From: Eledone cirrhosa
Lineage: Eukaryota
Assembly (NCBI GenBank): GCA_964016885.1
Contig: OZ024744.1
Coordinates: 88,536,001-88,600,000 of the forward strand
DNA: 64,000 bases
Direction of reading: 5' to 3'
Within the stretch, counting starts at the first letter, position 1, and the number at the start of each line of letters is the position of its first letter. The notes below the pieces were generated by a model. It made no database searches. It was not told the origin of the DNA and was given only the letters and a program-made list of their open reading frames with translations. Made by a program: the position numbers and the translations under genes. Positions 27,922 through 42,538 of this stretch are shown in pieces.

Positions 27922-28180
27922 TCCTTTGTCAGTGTTGAACAAACGAGCAACGATGGTTGCTAGACACTACGGCTTAATACGGGATGTTTGTTTACAAAGA
28001 CATCGAGCATTATAATAAACGTTCGGTGAATCCATACGTATATATATATGTGTGCATGTATGTATATATATATACATACTACTGTACGTCTGTATACATA
28101 TATGTATTTACGTGCACATACTTATACTTAAGTAACAGCCGTACTAAGAGTGGGAAATTAAAGTTCGTTTCATTTTTTCC

Positions 28181-28220
<40 letters not shown>

Positions 28221-28236
28221 TAAAATAACAGATTAA

Positions 28237-28287
28237 AGTTTAAGCAAAGAATCGCTGCTTTCACCCTTAACGGGATCTTCTGAAACT
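28237..28287 (-). ncRNA. type-I hammerhead, A4 core variant
   Basis: Reverse complement: AGUUU-CAGAAGA-UCCC(GUUAA)GGGU-GAA-AGCAG(CGAUUCU)UUGCU-U-AAACU; lies in a non-coding repeat at 28220-28750; partial copy at 15636-15663. Confidence 0.65.
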
Positions 28288-28751
28288 AACAAAGTCAATC
28301 TGTGAACGCAGAAGTGAATATTTCAAAAAACGTTGCAACCGGAGGAAGACAGGGAGACGATACTTTGGTTCGTGGAAATGTTCCCTTCCAAAGAACGGGA
28401 AAAAACGAATATAATACATCATTATTTGGAGCGATGAAAAACAATTACACGCAAAGACAAAACCACGTTTATGGTATAAAAGAAGTCGTAGACTAATATT
28501 TTCTTAGGTGGTTCATAGAGACGTTCTCTAGCAATGAACGGAAAAAACGAAGATAATACGTCATATGTGGATCCTGGAGAACAATTGCACGCAAAGACAA
28601 AACCACGTAAATGGTATGGTGTGGTAGTAAAGAAAGTAAATAAATAAGCAGCGACCAGGAAGACAATCTCTGATTTCTGTATAAAAATATATATTCCGTG
28701 GAAGTGAATTCAGTTTTCCAGCGAAAATGTGTATATAAAATGATATACATG

Positions 28752-31294
28752 TGCAGGCATGGACATAGAATATAAATGCAAATGCAAAAGATATTGTTGA
28801 CAATTAGTCTTTTACCTTAAATTTATTTAAATGTCCTTAATTTTCGAGATAATATCTCTTTCTTCGGAGGGAAGTAAAGCGGTTAAACCAGTATTCTAAA
28901 TAGCTTACCAAGTCATGCTGACAGGAAATGGTATAGAGTGTGTTCTATCTCTAATGTCAAAGAGTTAAAGTTACGTGGATAAAGAGTAGTCCCCCTTTAA
29001 AGGGGGTTTTGTACATATATGTTTAAGTGTGTGGGAGAATACGTGAAGGTGTAAGTATGTGTGTGTGTGTGTGAGTGTGAGAAGATATGTCTATACGTAA
29101 ATGTGGGGGGTAGATGCTCTCTCGTGTTAGAACTGGTCTTTGTGTGTGAGTGTGAGAGAGAATAAGTGGAGGTGTAAACGTGTGTGTGTGTGTGTGCGTG
29201 TATGTGTGCGTGTGCGTGTGTGTGGGAGGGGGGTGTAAGTATGGGGCTAGATGCTCTATCAAGTTATAAATTGGGTGTTTAGTTCTAGTCTATTATTGAT
29301 TGATGGTTGTGTTTTGTCTATAATTAGTGCTTTCTTAATTCTAAGATTGCCGAGGTTTCTTTCCTTAGTTTATATCCTAACTGTTATGTTTTTGTCGGTG
29401 TTTTTGCATTTCACTAGGTGTTTCTTAAGTGAGGAAGCGTTAGTATTGAGGTGTTCTTTTATTCTTATGTGAAGTGGTCTGGTGGTGCTACCTACGTAGA
29501 AGTTGCTGCATTTGTCGCACTCTAGTCTGTATACGACGTAAGCCTGGTGGCATAGGTCTGTGTCTTTGATGGGGCAGTTGGCTAGCCTGCAGCGGCTGTC
29601 ATGTGTGGTGGAGTGTCTTTTGGTTAGCTGTCCGCGTAGAGAAGGTCCTGAGTGGGCTAGTTAGATATCTAGTCCCTCCCGTCTGAAAGCTCTGCGGATG
29701 TCTGTTGTTTCGTCACTGAAGTGTGGGAGCTTCAGGAAACAAGTGTTAGTGCCTCGGGTGTGGTGTCCTCTGTTCTTTCTGGCACGGTTCGTGGTGGATG
29801 TCGGGTATCCGTTCAGTTTGAGTACTTCCAGGAAATGTGTGGTGTGTGTGTTCCGGATACGTGTTAGTTCGTTCCTTATGTATCCGAACTTAGCGCCGGC
29901 TGGGAGGACCGATCGGAAATGTACTAACAGGTCCCTGCTGGCGGCTTTTTTATAGAAGCAGGTGTGGATGTATGTTGCCTTCCTCTGTTACACTGAGTTG
30001 GAAGTCCAGTAGGGATAGGGATCCGCGGTCATCGGGGTGTTCCATGCTGAACTTTATACTGGCGTCCATGCTGGAGAATGTGGTGTATATTTTATCCGCC
30101 TCCTCACGGGATGATGTAAGGATGAGTATGTCATCTACATATCGGGTGAAGAAGGTATGGGAATGGCAGGTGTTGAGGGCTCGGCATTCTAGCTGGTTCA
30201 TATAGGTGATGGCCAGCAGGCCAGATAGGCTGGATCCCATGGGTAATCCTGTTGTCTGTCTGTATGTGTGGTGGTGGAAGGTGAAGTACGTGTTGTGTAC
30301 TGTGAAGGACAAAAGCTGGTGTATATCCGTCGGATGGAGGCTGTAGCAGTGGATGTCCTCTGCGACCACGCAGTCAGTCAATAAATCGACAGCTGGATGA
30401 GCGGGGACTGTAGTGTAGAGGGAGACAACGTCGAGGCTAAAGACGTATCTATTTAGTTCTGAGTTGTATCTAAGTTGTTCTGGCTGGAGTTGGTGTAGTC
30501 TACGTATAACTTCGTCGGAGCTACTGACATGCCCGGGAAAGGTGGAGAGTAAAGGCTTGAGGACCTGGGAGAGGAGCCAGGAAATTTTGTATAGGGGTCC
30601 TTCTATGCTAGAGACGATGGGTCTTATTTGCGTCTTAGTACTATTCTTGTGGGTCTTGATGAGGTGGTAGAAAGTGGGCAGTCTGCTATTTCTAGTGATG
30701 TAGTTGAGCTTAACTTTATTTGGGAATTGTCTTCTCCTACAGATGTCGAACCAGATGGAGTTGGTCTGTTTTTCGATCTGGGCTGCAGTTATGTCCGGGA
30801 TCTCTGTATATAGTTCATTGTCGCTTAGGTGTTCAAAGGCTAGGTTATTGTATGTGGCTTGAGAGATGACACAAAACTCTTTACCTTTGACGGATGGTAA
30901 GTATATAAGTTCACTATTCCGTAGGTTCTTCAGGGCGAGTTGTTGTGTCCTGGAGAGGTTTGGGGCTATCTTCTTCTGTTTCCCTAAGATGTTAAATACG
31001 GAATGTTTTAGCCTCGAGAGTTTTTCTTCAAGCTCGCGGTTGGCAGGCGGTGGACAGAGTGGGTGATCCAGTTGGTATATCGGGAATCTGGGTTTGTTAG
31101 ATTCCGTGGTGTTGTTGCTGAGAGTCGATATCCATTTTAGTTGGTAGGCAGCCCGACAGAAATTAATTTCTATGTCGAGCCATAATTTGTCGTCCAGTCT
31201 GTTTCAATATGAACTTGGGACCCAATTTATAACTTGATAGAGCATCTAGCCCCATACTTACACCCCCCTCCCACACATACGCACACGCACACAT

Positions 31295-31377
<83 letters not shown>

Positions 31378-31845
31378 TACACCTCCACTTATTCTCTCTC
31401 ACACACACACATACACACACAAAGACCAGTTCTAACACGAGAGAGCATCTATCCCCCACATTTACGTATAGACATATCTTCTCACACTCACACACACACA
31501 CACACATACCTACACCTTCAAGTATTCTCCCACACACTTAAACATACATGTACAAAACCCCTTTTAAAGGGGGTCTATTCTTTATCCACCTAACCTTAAC
31601 TCTTTGACATTAGAGATAGAACAGATACTCCATACCATTTCCTGTCAGCATGACTTGGCAAGCTATTTAGAACACTGGTTTAACCGCTTTACTTCCCTCC
31701 GAAGAAGAGATATTATTTCGAAAATTAAGGACATTTAAATAAATTTAAGGTAAAAGACTAATTGTCAGCAATATCTTTTGCATTTGCAATCTTTATTCTA
31801 TATCCATACCTGCATTGTTTTTGGCTTTACAAATACAAACGTTTA
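28752..31845 (-). mobile_element. Penelope-like element, 5'-truncated, with inverted pseudo-LTRs
   Basis: Arms 28752-29276 and 31220-31815 are inverted copies, each with an HHR; the coding region lies between them. Confidence 0.92.
29259..31200 (-). pseudogene. PLE polyprotein (RT + GIY-YIG endonuclease), frameshifted
   Basis: RPIVSSI, SLDVVSLYT, YRQTTGLPMGSSLS, RYVDDI and LSLLDF RT motifs; VVYRLECDKCSNFYVGSTTRPLHIRIKEH GIY-YIG motif. Confidence 0.92.
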
Positions 31846-31944
31846 TACCTCATTGCACAATGCTTCAAGTGAACTATATCTTCCTCCTATATACATGACA
31901 AGGCATCGCTGATATTTGTATACACCGACAATGCCGTATTATTA

Positions 31945-32965
31945 TTGGGTTGGCAGTATCGGTAGAGGGTCGGACGCCATTCTTTGACGCATAGAGTTAC
32001 GGCCCTTGCCATTCTGAGTTCAAATCTTGCCGAGGTTAACTTTGTCTTTCATCCTTACGGGGTCGATAAAATAAAGTACCAGTAATGCACTGGAATAATT
32101 GCTGGCCTTGTGCCAACATTAGAAACAATTATTAGTGTAGAATGGCCCTTGCCGTTCTGGGTCGATAAAATAAAGTACCAGTAATGCACTGGGATAATTG
32201 CTGGCCTTGTGCCAAAAGTAGAAACAATTATTTTTAAACACCTGGAATTAACTATATGAATATGAATTAAATTATGAAATTGAAAATAACTCAACATTCA
32301 TAATCAAACATTAATATTTAAATACGGGTCTGTGGATTGGCAGTATCGGTAGAGGGTCAGACGTTCAAATTCCGCCGAGGTTAACTTTGCCTTTCATCAC
32401 TACGGGGTCGATAAAATAAAGTACCAGTAATATACTGTGATAATTGCTGGCCTTGTGCCAAAAGTAGAAAGAAATAATTAAATATGGGATGTGGCTTTAA
32501 TATATTAGCAGAGAGAATATATATTTCGCAGATATAATGAGAATATTTCTTCGAGTTCAGGAATAACCTAAGAAATTTACAAAGAAAAAGCAAATTGCAG
32601 TAGAGGGTCGAACAAAATGTTTTGGAACTTTACATTCTGGATTCAAATACCACCGAGGTTAGTTTTGCCTTGCATCCTTACGGCGTCGATAAAATTAAGT
32701 ACCAGTAACGTACCGTGTTCGATTTAATCGATTTAATAGTTGGCTTGTGCCTAAATCAGAAACCATTATTATTATGTGGTTGATTGGCAGTATCGGTAGA
32801 GGGTCGGACGCCATGCTTTCCAGCATTGTTACGTCCCTTTACGATCTGAGTTCAAATCCTGCTGAGGTTAACTTTGCCTTTCATCCTTACGGGGTCGATA
32901 AAATAAAGTACCAGTAATGTACTGAGTAATTGATGGCCTTGTGCCTAAAGTAGAAACAATTATTA
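31945..32965 (+). mobile_element. cluster of five SINE family B copies
   Basis: Repeated core and tail, all on the plus strand. Confidence 0.85.
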
Positions 32966-33340
32966 TTATGTACACACACATATATATATATATACACACC
33001 CATATATACATATATATATATATACACATATACATTCTTCAAATCGCTCTTGCGGATTTCGTAGCACGAAAATACATTGTCAAATTTTTTAACGAATATC
33101 TCTCTCTGCCCCTTTCGCCCCTTTTCTCCCCCTCTCTTTCTCCCACCCCCACCCCCTCATATGTGTGTATGTGTGTATAGAGAGAGAGGGGGTGGTTTCT
33201 GATGATTTCTCCCAAATGAAACAGTTCCAGTCCGTTTCTTTGTGTGTATGCATGTATATATCTTTGTGTCTTTGTGTGTGTGGATGCGTGTGTGTATATA
33301 TATATATTTATGTGTCCTTGTGTATATGTATGTGTGTCGG

Positions 33341-33471
<131 letters not shown>

Positions 33472-33919
33472 CTCGCTCTGTGTGTGTGAGTGTGTATACA
33501 AGTGGTTGGGAATTTTTTAAATACCAATATCCCTGGGGGTCGTGAAGTCATTTCAAAAAATCTAGATTTTGTATATTTCGTAAATAACGCAGCATGATGC
33601 AATAAGGAAGTCTGTGGATCTTCTTATGCCGATGACATTGCATTTTTAATATCTATCAACATTCCTTCTGATTTCATTTTTTGTGAAAAACAAAAATAGT
33701 TTCTTACAGTATATTATATGATTTCTAGTGGCAACGACGGAAGTGGAAAAGGCGTAACGGAAGAAAATAGCAGCAGGTATGTCATTGGATATTTGTTTAA
33801 ATATTATCTACCTTAACACAGTATGGGGTGTATTCATATATATATATATATATATATAATGTATACATACATACAGGCCCGCACAGACAGACACACACAC
33901 ACACACACACACCTATATA

Positions 33920-33951
<32 letters not shown>

Positions 33952-33967
33952 CTGTGGCTAATAATGA

Positions 33968-34013
<46 letters not shown>

Positions 34014-34338
34014 TATATATATAAATGTGTGTGTGTGTGTGCCCGTGTGTGTGTGTGCCCTTTAACGATGACATAGGGATTGATATTATTGAAGTATTAT
34101 ATTATGAATTGATTTATAGAAAGAAATACTCAGGAAACGAATTCCAGAACCCAGAGCAATTTAACTGTTTCATTATACACACGCTTATGAAAACACCGAC
34201 ACACATATATATACTCTCATAAACATACACAAACAAATACCCGCACAAACACAAAAGCATATGTACACGCATACACAGATGAGCACGCGCATACACACAT
34301 GCACGCATACACACATACACTCATATATATGCATAAGG

Positions 34339-34394
<56 letters not shown>

Positions 34395-34520
34395 GGGTAT
34401 ATATAGAGAGAGGGGAGGGAGAGAGAGAGAGAGATATTCGTTAAAAAAAATTGAGAATGTATTTTCGTGTGCCTGTGTTTGTGTGTGCATGCGTGTGTGT
34501 GCCTGTTTTTGTGTGCGTGC

Positions 34521-34618
<98 letters not shown>

Positions 34619-35554
34619 AATAGTTTTGTAAGGAAATGTTCTAAAAGATGTACGTTTTGCAATAGATGAAAGGACTTTTAAAAGTTAAAAAATTACATTG
34701 CGAGTAAAGAGTTTCGTATTAGATAAGGGTTTGAAGCTTGACAGCAAATCTCGATATGTATGTAGTATATGTTGTTCAGCGTTATGTCTGTGGTTTGTAT
34801 CAGCCACTCAATGGGTATAGACAGGCTTTTTATTTGGATAAATCCTTCCTTATGCAAATATATGAACACTTTAGTCAGTATGAGGATGATTTGAGATGTG
34901 GTAGGATCCATACCATTAACCAAGGTGCGGCTGATGGTTCTTTGGCTAAACGAAAATTACTGGATAATGGTAATGTACAGTATATACCCACTAGGGTTAA
35001 CCCTTTTAGCATTTAAAACGGCCATATCCGGCCAGAATTCTCTCAACTATTTCTGTTCAAACCGGCCGTAACCAACCACTCATACTCATGTTAAGGTATT
35101 ATTTTCAAAATAAATAATTTAAAAATCTTATAGATTCGATATTATGCGAAATAATTATTTGAGATAACCCTTTTACCATGAAAATACAGTATACGTAGAG
35201 TAATGTAAATGATAAAGGGTTAAAAGATAGGATTGCAAGCAATTGTATAAAATCTAAAAAAAGGGTTGAATAGATAACGGCGTTTACTTTTCACAACCAG
35301 TGTTAAGAAATAAACGTAGTCACGGCAATTGAAGGTAACAACATTTAGGAAAGGAAATTGTGATACAAAGTATACGTGAAAGACGCTGATGGAACTATAT
35401 AGGTCTGAGGAGTTTTATTGGTGTTTTGTATTACTAAAGGTTTGTTCCAGGTACGAGCTGAAGGATATGATGGGACATTGTGAGAAAAAAGTTATCCGAG
35501 ATTAGTTTTTTGTTAGATAGTGTTTGCTACTAATTAATTAACCGCGCAAAGGAT

Positions 35555-36055
35555 AAGGCGCATGGTTTAGTGGTTATGGGCTTGCAATTGAGAGGTTGTG
35601 AGTTCGATTCTCGGATAGGTTGCTGCGTTGTGCCCTTGAGCAAGACACTTTATTTCACGTTACTCCAGTTTGCTCAGCTGTAGAAATGAGTTGCGACGTC
35701 ACTAGTGTCAAGCTGTATCGGCCATTGCCTTTCTCTTGCCTTTCTGCTGTATATATAATATATAGTCTATACATAGTGTGTATGTAGTGTATATATATAA
35801 TATACAGTCTATACATAGTGTGTATGTAGTGTATATATAGTGTATATATAATGTATATATTAGTTGCGACATCACTGGTGCCAAGCTATATCGGCCATAG
35901 TCTTTCCCTTCGACAAACATCGGTGGCGTGGAGAGGGGTGACTGGTATGCATGGGTGACTTCTGGTCTTCCGCAAACAAACATTGCCCGGAATTGTGCCT
36001 CGGAGGGAAATTTTCTAGGTGCAAATCACATGGTCATTCATGACCGAGTGGGGCC
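35555..36055 (+). mobile_element. SINE family A with the same TA-rich internal duplication as 23100-23990
   Basis: tRNA head, duplicated GACGTCACT segment, and an insert nearly identical to 23292-23400. Confidence 0.85.
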
Positions 36056-37134
36056 ATAAAAAAAAGATAAGATTAGGAAGATTATAGTGCAATATGTTAG
36101 AACATTACACATACATACACACATAAAATATGTTAGGAAATAGAGTGTAATTCGACAGTAAATCACTGAAAACGTGCTTAAATTAAATTTTTGGCTATAG
36201 GAAGTTGCGTAGATACCTGTCTGAGGAGGTTAAAGATAGGATTATATGCATCGAGTTTTCGTATTGACCAGCGATTGGGAAGAGATGTTTAACTATAATA
36301 GATGTTTGGTGGATTTAATGCCTAGGATTTAAGGGAAACATGTAGGAGGTTAAGCGACTCCGAAAGTTCTAGAGTCTGTTACCATAAGGTTGGACACGTG
36401 ATTACAAGTGTTCTGAGTATAGCTGAGAACAAGAATCTCAGGTGGCTGAAGATGAAGAGAACAAAATATAGGGAATTTCTGAGGACGAATGATCTAGAAT
36501 AGGAAAGATGGTTTGGGAATCAATTGATAACGGTGTCCATAGGTTAGGCATGAAATTTGGTATTACCCCTAAAACATTTGGGGAATAGAGGAATAGAATT
36601 GTTAGCTTGGTAACGGATAGATTATGGGGGTTGAGTACGACGGTTGCTGGGACGTTAATACTTAAAAGGCCTGAAGTGAAGCAGTATGTAAGTGGGATCC
36701 TTGAAAGGTATATCCTCTTACCAGGAGATAAGGCAGTGGGAAATTTTGTAGTCTACAAAAGATACTAACTGTTGGTTTTAGCTCTTTAAACTCTGCTGTT
36801 GGTGATCGAACTTTGTGGAGAAAAATATCTCATGTTGATGCGCAGTCTGCAACTGGCGGTGTTTAGCGTCAAAATAGTATTAACTATGATTATAGTGGTA
36901 ATGGAACCTACGAGCTGAGATCGGGGAATATCGGCCCACTTGTGGAAAGGTTTAGGCTTGAGTTGTCAGTTGAAGGATAAAAATATGTTTAACCCCAGAA
37001 ATTCTGGTTTCCAAAGTTACACAAAATGCAATACGGATGTGAATTTAGAGCCGGGGCTAGTTGGCGCATGTACAGATAGGTAGCTATTTTGGTTAATGGG
37101 GCTTTAGCATGATTAAGAAAGCATTTAGTAGATT

Positions 37135-37297
37135 TGGTTTGAATGACTTGAAAGTGTATGGCGAGAATATTAATAGTATGATGAAAAAACTTCAGTTAAT
37201 TTCGGCATTCTCGAAAGATATAGGGATGGATTTAGCCAGGATAGATGTTCCTATATGATTATAAAGAAGAGCTACAAGCCACTCTAGCAACATCTCT

Positions 37298-37362
<65 letters not shown>

Positions 37363-38270
37363 AGCCTGACTGTTTCACCTGATTCTGCTACAGATTCTTA
37401 GAGATAGATAAAAATAAAGTCTATGATGCAATTTTCAACAAGGAACGAATAACTAGGGAATATAACGCCCCAATAAGAAAAATATGCTTTTGGGATCATT
37501 CTGCTTGCAATCTATTTGCAGTTCTTGAACTGACACAAACATCTGGACTATTTGAATGCACGCTAGATGAGATGCCAGCCTAGAAATTCTTACCGACACC
37601 GGAGATTTCCACATCAACAGTGACATAGACCACCTTTGCATAAAACGTAAACAGTGAGGGAAAGGTTTAACATCAATCCAAATAACTTTCGAAAATCGTA
37701 TCATTTCACTTCGACATCTACTAACCACTAAATGTAGAAAACCATCCATAGATTAAGTCTGTCTACACGACGACACATAACATCATGAAAGTTGGGCAGT
37801 AGCCTCTTGAGAAACACTTCCTGAATGAAAGCCAAAAATAAATACCCTGAAGATAGTAGCCAAAAGACTATACAATGCAATCCGTAGAAAATACTGAAGA
37901 TAAAAAATATAAAAGGTTACGGCTATGTGGAAGGCATGCACGCACGTAAAAAGAAAAGGTATTGGTAAAATGTTCCAGTCAAAATCACAATAAAATGTAG
38001 ACATAAAAGACATGACATAATGATATGGGACAGAAAAAGTGCATGTACAGTAGGGCAATTCGGCTGTCCTGATGTTTTTTTAATATAATTAAAAAGTTTA
38101 GTGGAACGGAAAATATATATACAAATTAACGAAGAACCTTCAGGCACCCTATCGTCACTACACCTTTAGATTTATACGTGTAATTGGTGAGACACATGGG
38201 TATGTTACTAACAGCCTCAGTGCAAATCTTGAGAATCTGGGATCCACAAAACCAGGAAGAACACAGTTTA
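37135..38270 (+). pseudogene. degraded R4/Dong-clade RT fragment
   Basis: DLKVYGEN..AFSKDIGM and FHINSDIDHLCIKRKQ*GKGL, homologous to 13360-13890. Confidence 0.7.
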
Positions 38271-38375
38271 TAAGGAAATTACTAGTACAGTGGATAAAGA
38301 CGTATACGAACCCATACACAATATGTTAGTGCTTAAGGCAAAATGCTTTGCTGTATTTAGTCACGACTCATTTCG

Positions 38376-38487
<112 letters not shown>

Positions 38488-38524
38488 ACATGGCGTGCTG
38501 CGTGGTTGCAAATGGGTTACATAT

Positions 38525-38619
38525 GAATACAATTAGTCCTTCATTGGTATTTCATCGCTTTAAAGCGATGAAATACCAATGAAGGCTGGAAGATCACTGA
38601 TGAAGGACTAATTGTATTC
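38525..38619. repeat. palindromic hairpin element
   Basis: GAATACAATTAGTCCTTCA/TGAAGGACTAATTGTATTC outer arms around a perfect 50-bp palindrome centred at 38561/38562. Confidence 0.85.
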
Positions 38620-38620
38620 G

Positions 38621-38676
<56 letters not shown>

Positions 38677-38709
38677 AAAGAATAGAGGTGTAACACACAA
38701 GTTATTATA

Positions 38710-40141
<1,432 letters not shown>

Positions 40142-41058
40142 TACCTAAACTACCCGTCCTTTGGACGGTTCAAGTAGATTTCGATGTAGCTCATTAAACT
40201 AAACAAAGTAAATTTGAATACATAGAAGAAAAACGTACTTTATGTAAACATGAAAACCTTTGGCACTATTCCAGCGAAATAATTAATATGTGAGCTCGGT
40301 GTCTTTTTTAACAACAGTAAAAGCGCATCATGAAATAGAGAAGTGGAGTGAATAATTGACACTATTATGTACAAAGCATAATATTGTAAAAGTTATGACA
40401 TCACTTAATGTATGAACATCAAGCTTGAAATGATGAATTATACAATGTCAAATCTATAACTTAACTTAGTAATCTGTTAAAAATTGCTGATCGTGAAATT
40501 TACAAAATGATATTATTAGTCTCAAGGAAGCGTACCTTTTGTTTCAAGTACAGAGAGTAAATTAAAATTCGAATGAGCCGAATTACGAAAGATAACTCTT
40601 CTCTTACTTAATCACGAAAATTCACACAAATAACCGAAACTTTTTTAATGTCTCCAAAGGCCCCAATATTGATTTTTGAAAGCCCTGTCGATCATGTACA
40701 GGGTTTGGGCAAGGAGAAGCTCTGTAAAAATGTCAAAGAAATCGCATGAATGGTTTAGAATATGTGAGCCCTCATTAAACATTGTCCACGCACATACAGA
40801 AAACTTCGTCTTTACATATATACAGATAAACGTACTAATATATTGGTTTGATAACACAACCACAAGGATATAGTCCGAACGTGGAAGAGCCAAACTCCCA
40901 CTGTCATCTCCTCCATCTCTCTCGCCCTCCCCATCCCTCCATATGGTGAGAAAGTGGGGTCACGTGCTGGCCTCGCCACAGACCCGGCGGACAGAATAGA
41001 GAAGGCGTTTTCCCGGAGGATGGTAAGGGTACAATTCATTAATAGAATTGTAAATATA

Positions 41059-41952
41059 CGAGGTGTGTCAGAAAAGTTCCAGGACTGATGTCACAAAAGA
41101 TTAATTTCAAACCCAAACTTCACACTTTGAGTTTTATCCTTCAAAGTAATCCCCATGGAGTCTAATGCACTTTTCCATCCTTTTCTGCCACGCTTGCATG
41201 CACTCCTGGAAAGATTCTTCCGGGATCCTCCACAGTTCCGTCGTCACGGCCTTTTTGATGTCGTCCACGTCTTCAAAACGGGTCCCCTCCGGGTCGTACT
41301 CGAAGATCCATGACTCATCACCGGTGATGACTGTCCCTAGCAAGTCTGGTTCGATTTCAAGACGCTCGAGGATGTCCTGGCACACTTGCATGCGTCGACC
41401 CTTCTGATCATCGTTCAGCAGTTTTGGCACCATCTTCGCGCAGACTTTCCGCATGTCCAAATCTTCAGTGAGAATCTTCCAAACGCTGTCCTGATTCATG
41501 CCCAGCTCATTTGCCATTAGTCGAACAGTCAGCCGACGATCGCTACGCACCATCTGCCTGACGCGCTCAACGTTGACCTCAGTCCTGGTTGTTGAGGGCC
41601 TTCCGCTCCTGGGGACATCTTCCACGTCCTCGCGTCTTTCTTTAAACCTTGCACCACTCAAAAACACGTGAGCGTGACATCGTCTCATCTCCATACACTT
41701 GCTGCAGCAATCCCAGTGTTTCTGACGGAGTTTTCAAATTTGTTCGTTGATCTGTGTTCATTGCTTGACGACCTGAAACAGAGGACATGTATATAAAATT
41801 ATGAAGAAAAAAGTTTGATCGCTGCAGAGAGCTAAGATTACAGTTACATACTCCAGGGGGATTACTTTGAAGGAGAAAACACTTAGTGTGAAGTTTGGCT
41901 TTGAAATAAATCTTTTGTGACATCAGTCCTGGAACTTTTCTGACACACCTCG
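41059..41952 (-). mobile_element. mariner DNA transposon with internal deletion
   Basis: About 42-bp TIRs CGAGGTGTGTCAGAAAAGTTCCAGGACTGATGTCACAAAAGA with TA TSD. Transposase has RSGRP, MVPKLL and ITGDESW motifs and a GDYFEG end, but lacks the second and third catalytic Asp region. Confidence 0.95.
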
Positions 41953-42279
41953 TATGTAAAACATTCCAGAAGTAACAACTGCATATACACACATATAATT
42001 TGTGTACATAACATGTGTATACGATGTGCACATATAATTCAAAATATGTAGATTCATACATACAATGGTATTCAAGCCTGAACACACACACACACACACA
42101 CACACGCATAGTTACACCCACACACCACACATAGTTACACCCACACACATATACACATTCAGACAGACAGACATAATTACCTTGTTGATGTCTAAATACC
42201 AATGAAAGATTCTTATTTCAGTGTTAGAAACCGACTCTCTCCTCTTCTTTCTCTCCCCCTCTGTCTCTCTCTTCCTCTC

Positions 42280-42369
<90 letters not shown>

Positions 42370-42431
42370 CTATCAATCCATCTATCTATCTATCTATCTC
42401 TCTATATATATATATCCATCTCTCACTCACT

Positions 42432-42502
<71 letters not shown>

Positions 42503-42538
42503 CATCTATCTATCTATCTCTCTATCTATCTATCCATC

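Larger units (their letters stand above)
27064..28182. mobile_element. retrozyme-like non-coding element: about two tandem 406-nt units (+) preceded by an inverted permuted copy
   Basis: Units start at 27395 and 27801; 27064-27394 is the reverse complement of about 27633-27948; one HHR per copy; flanked by (TA)n. Confidence 0.8.

Noticed and set aside
33199-33230. CUGAUGA...GAAAC hammerhead-like core
   Set aside because: No stem I pairing and only a 3-bp A-U stem II; compatible with chance.
33600-36900. Isolated LINE-like peptide remnants (SYADDIAFL at about 33625; EHL.ITCP on the minus strand at about 36400)
   Set aside because: Too degraded to delimit or classify by eye.
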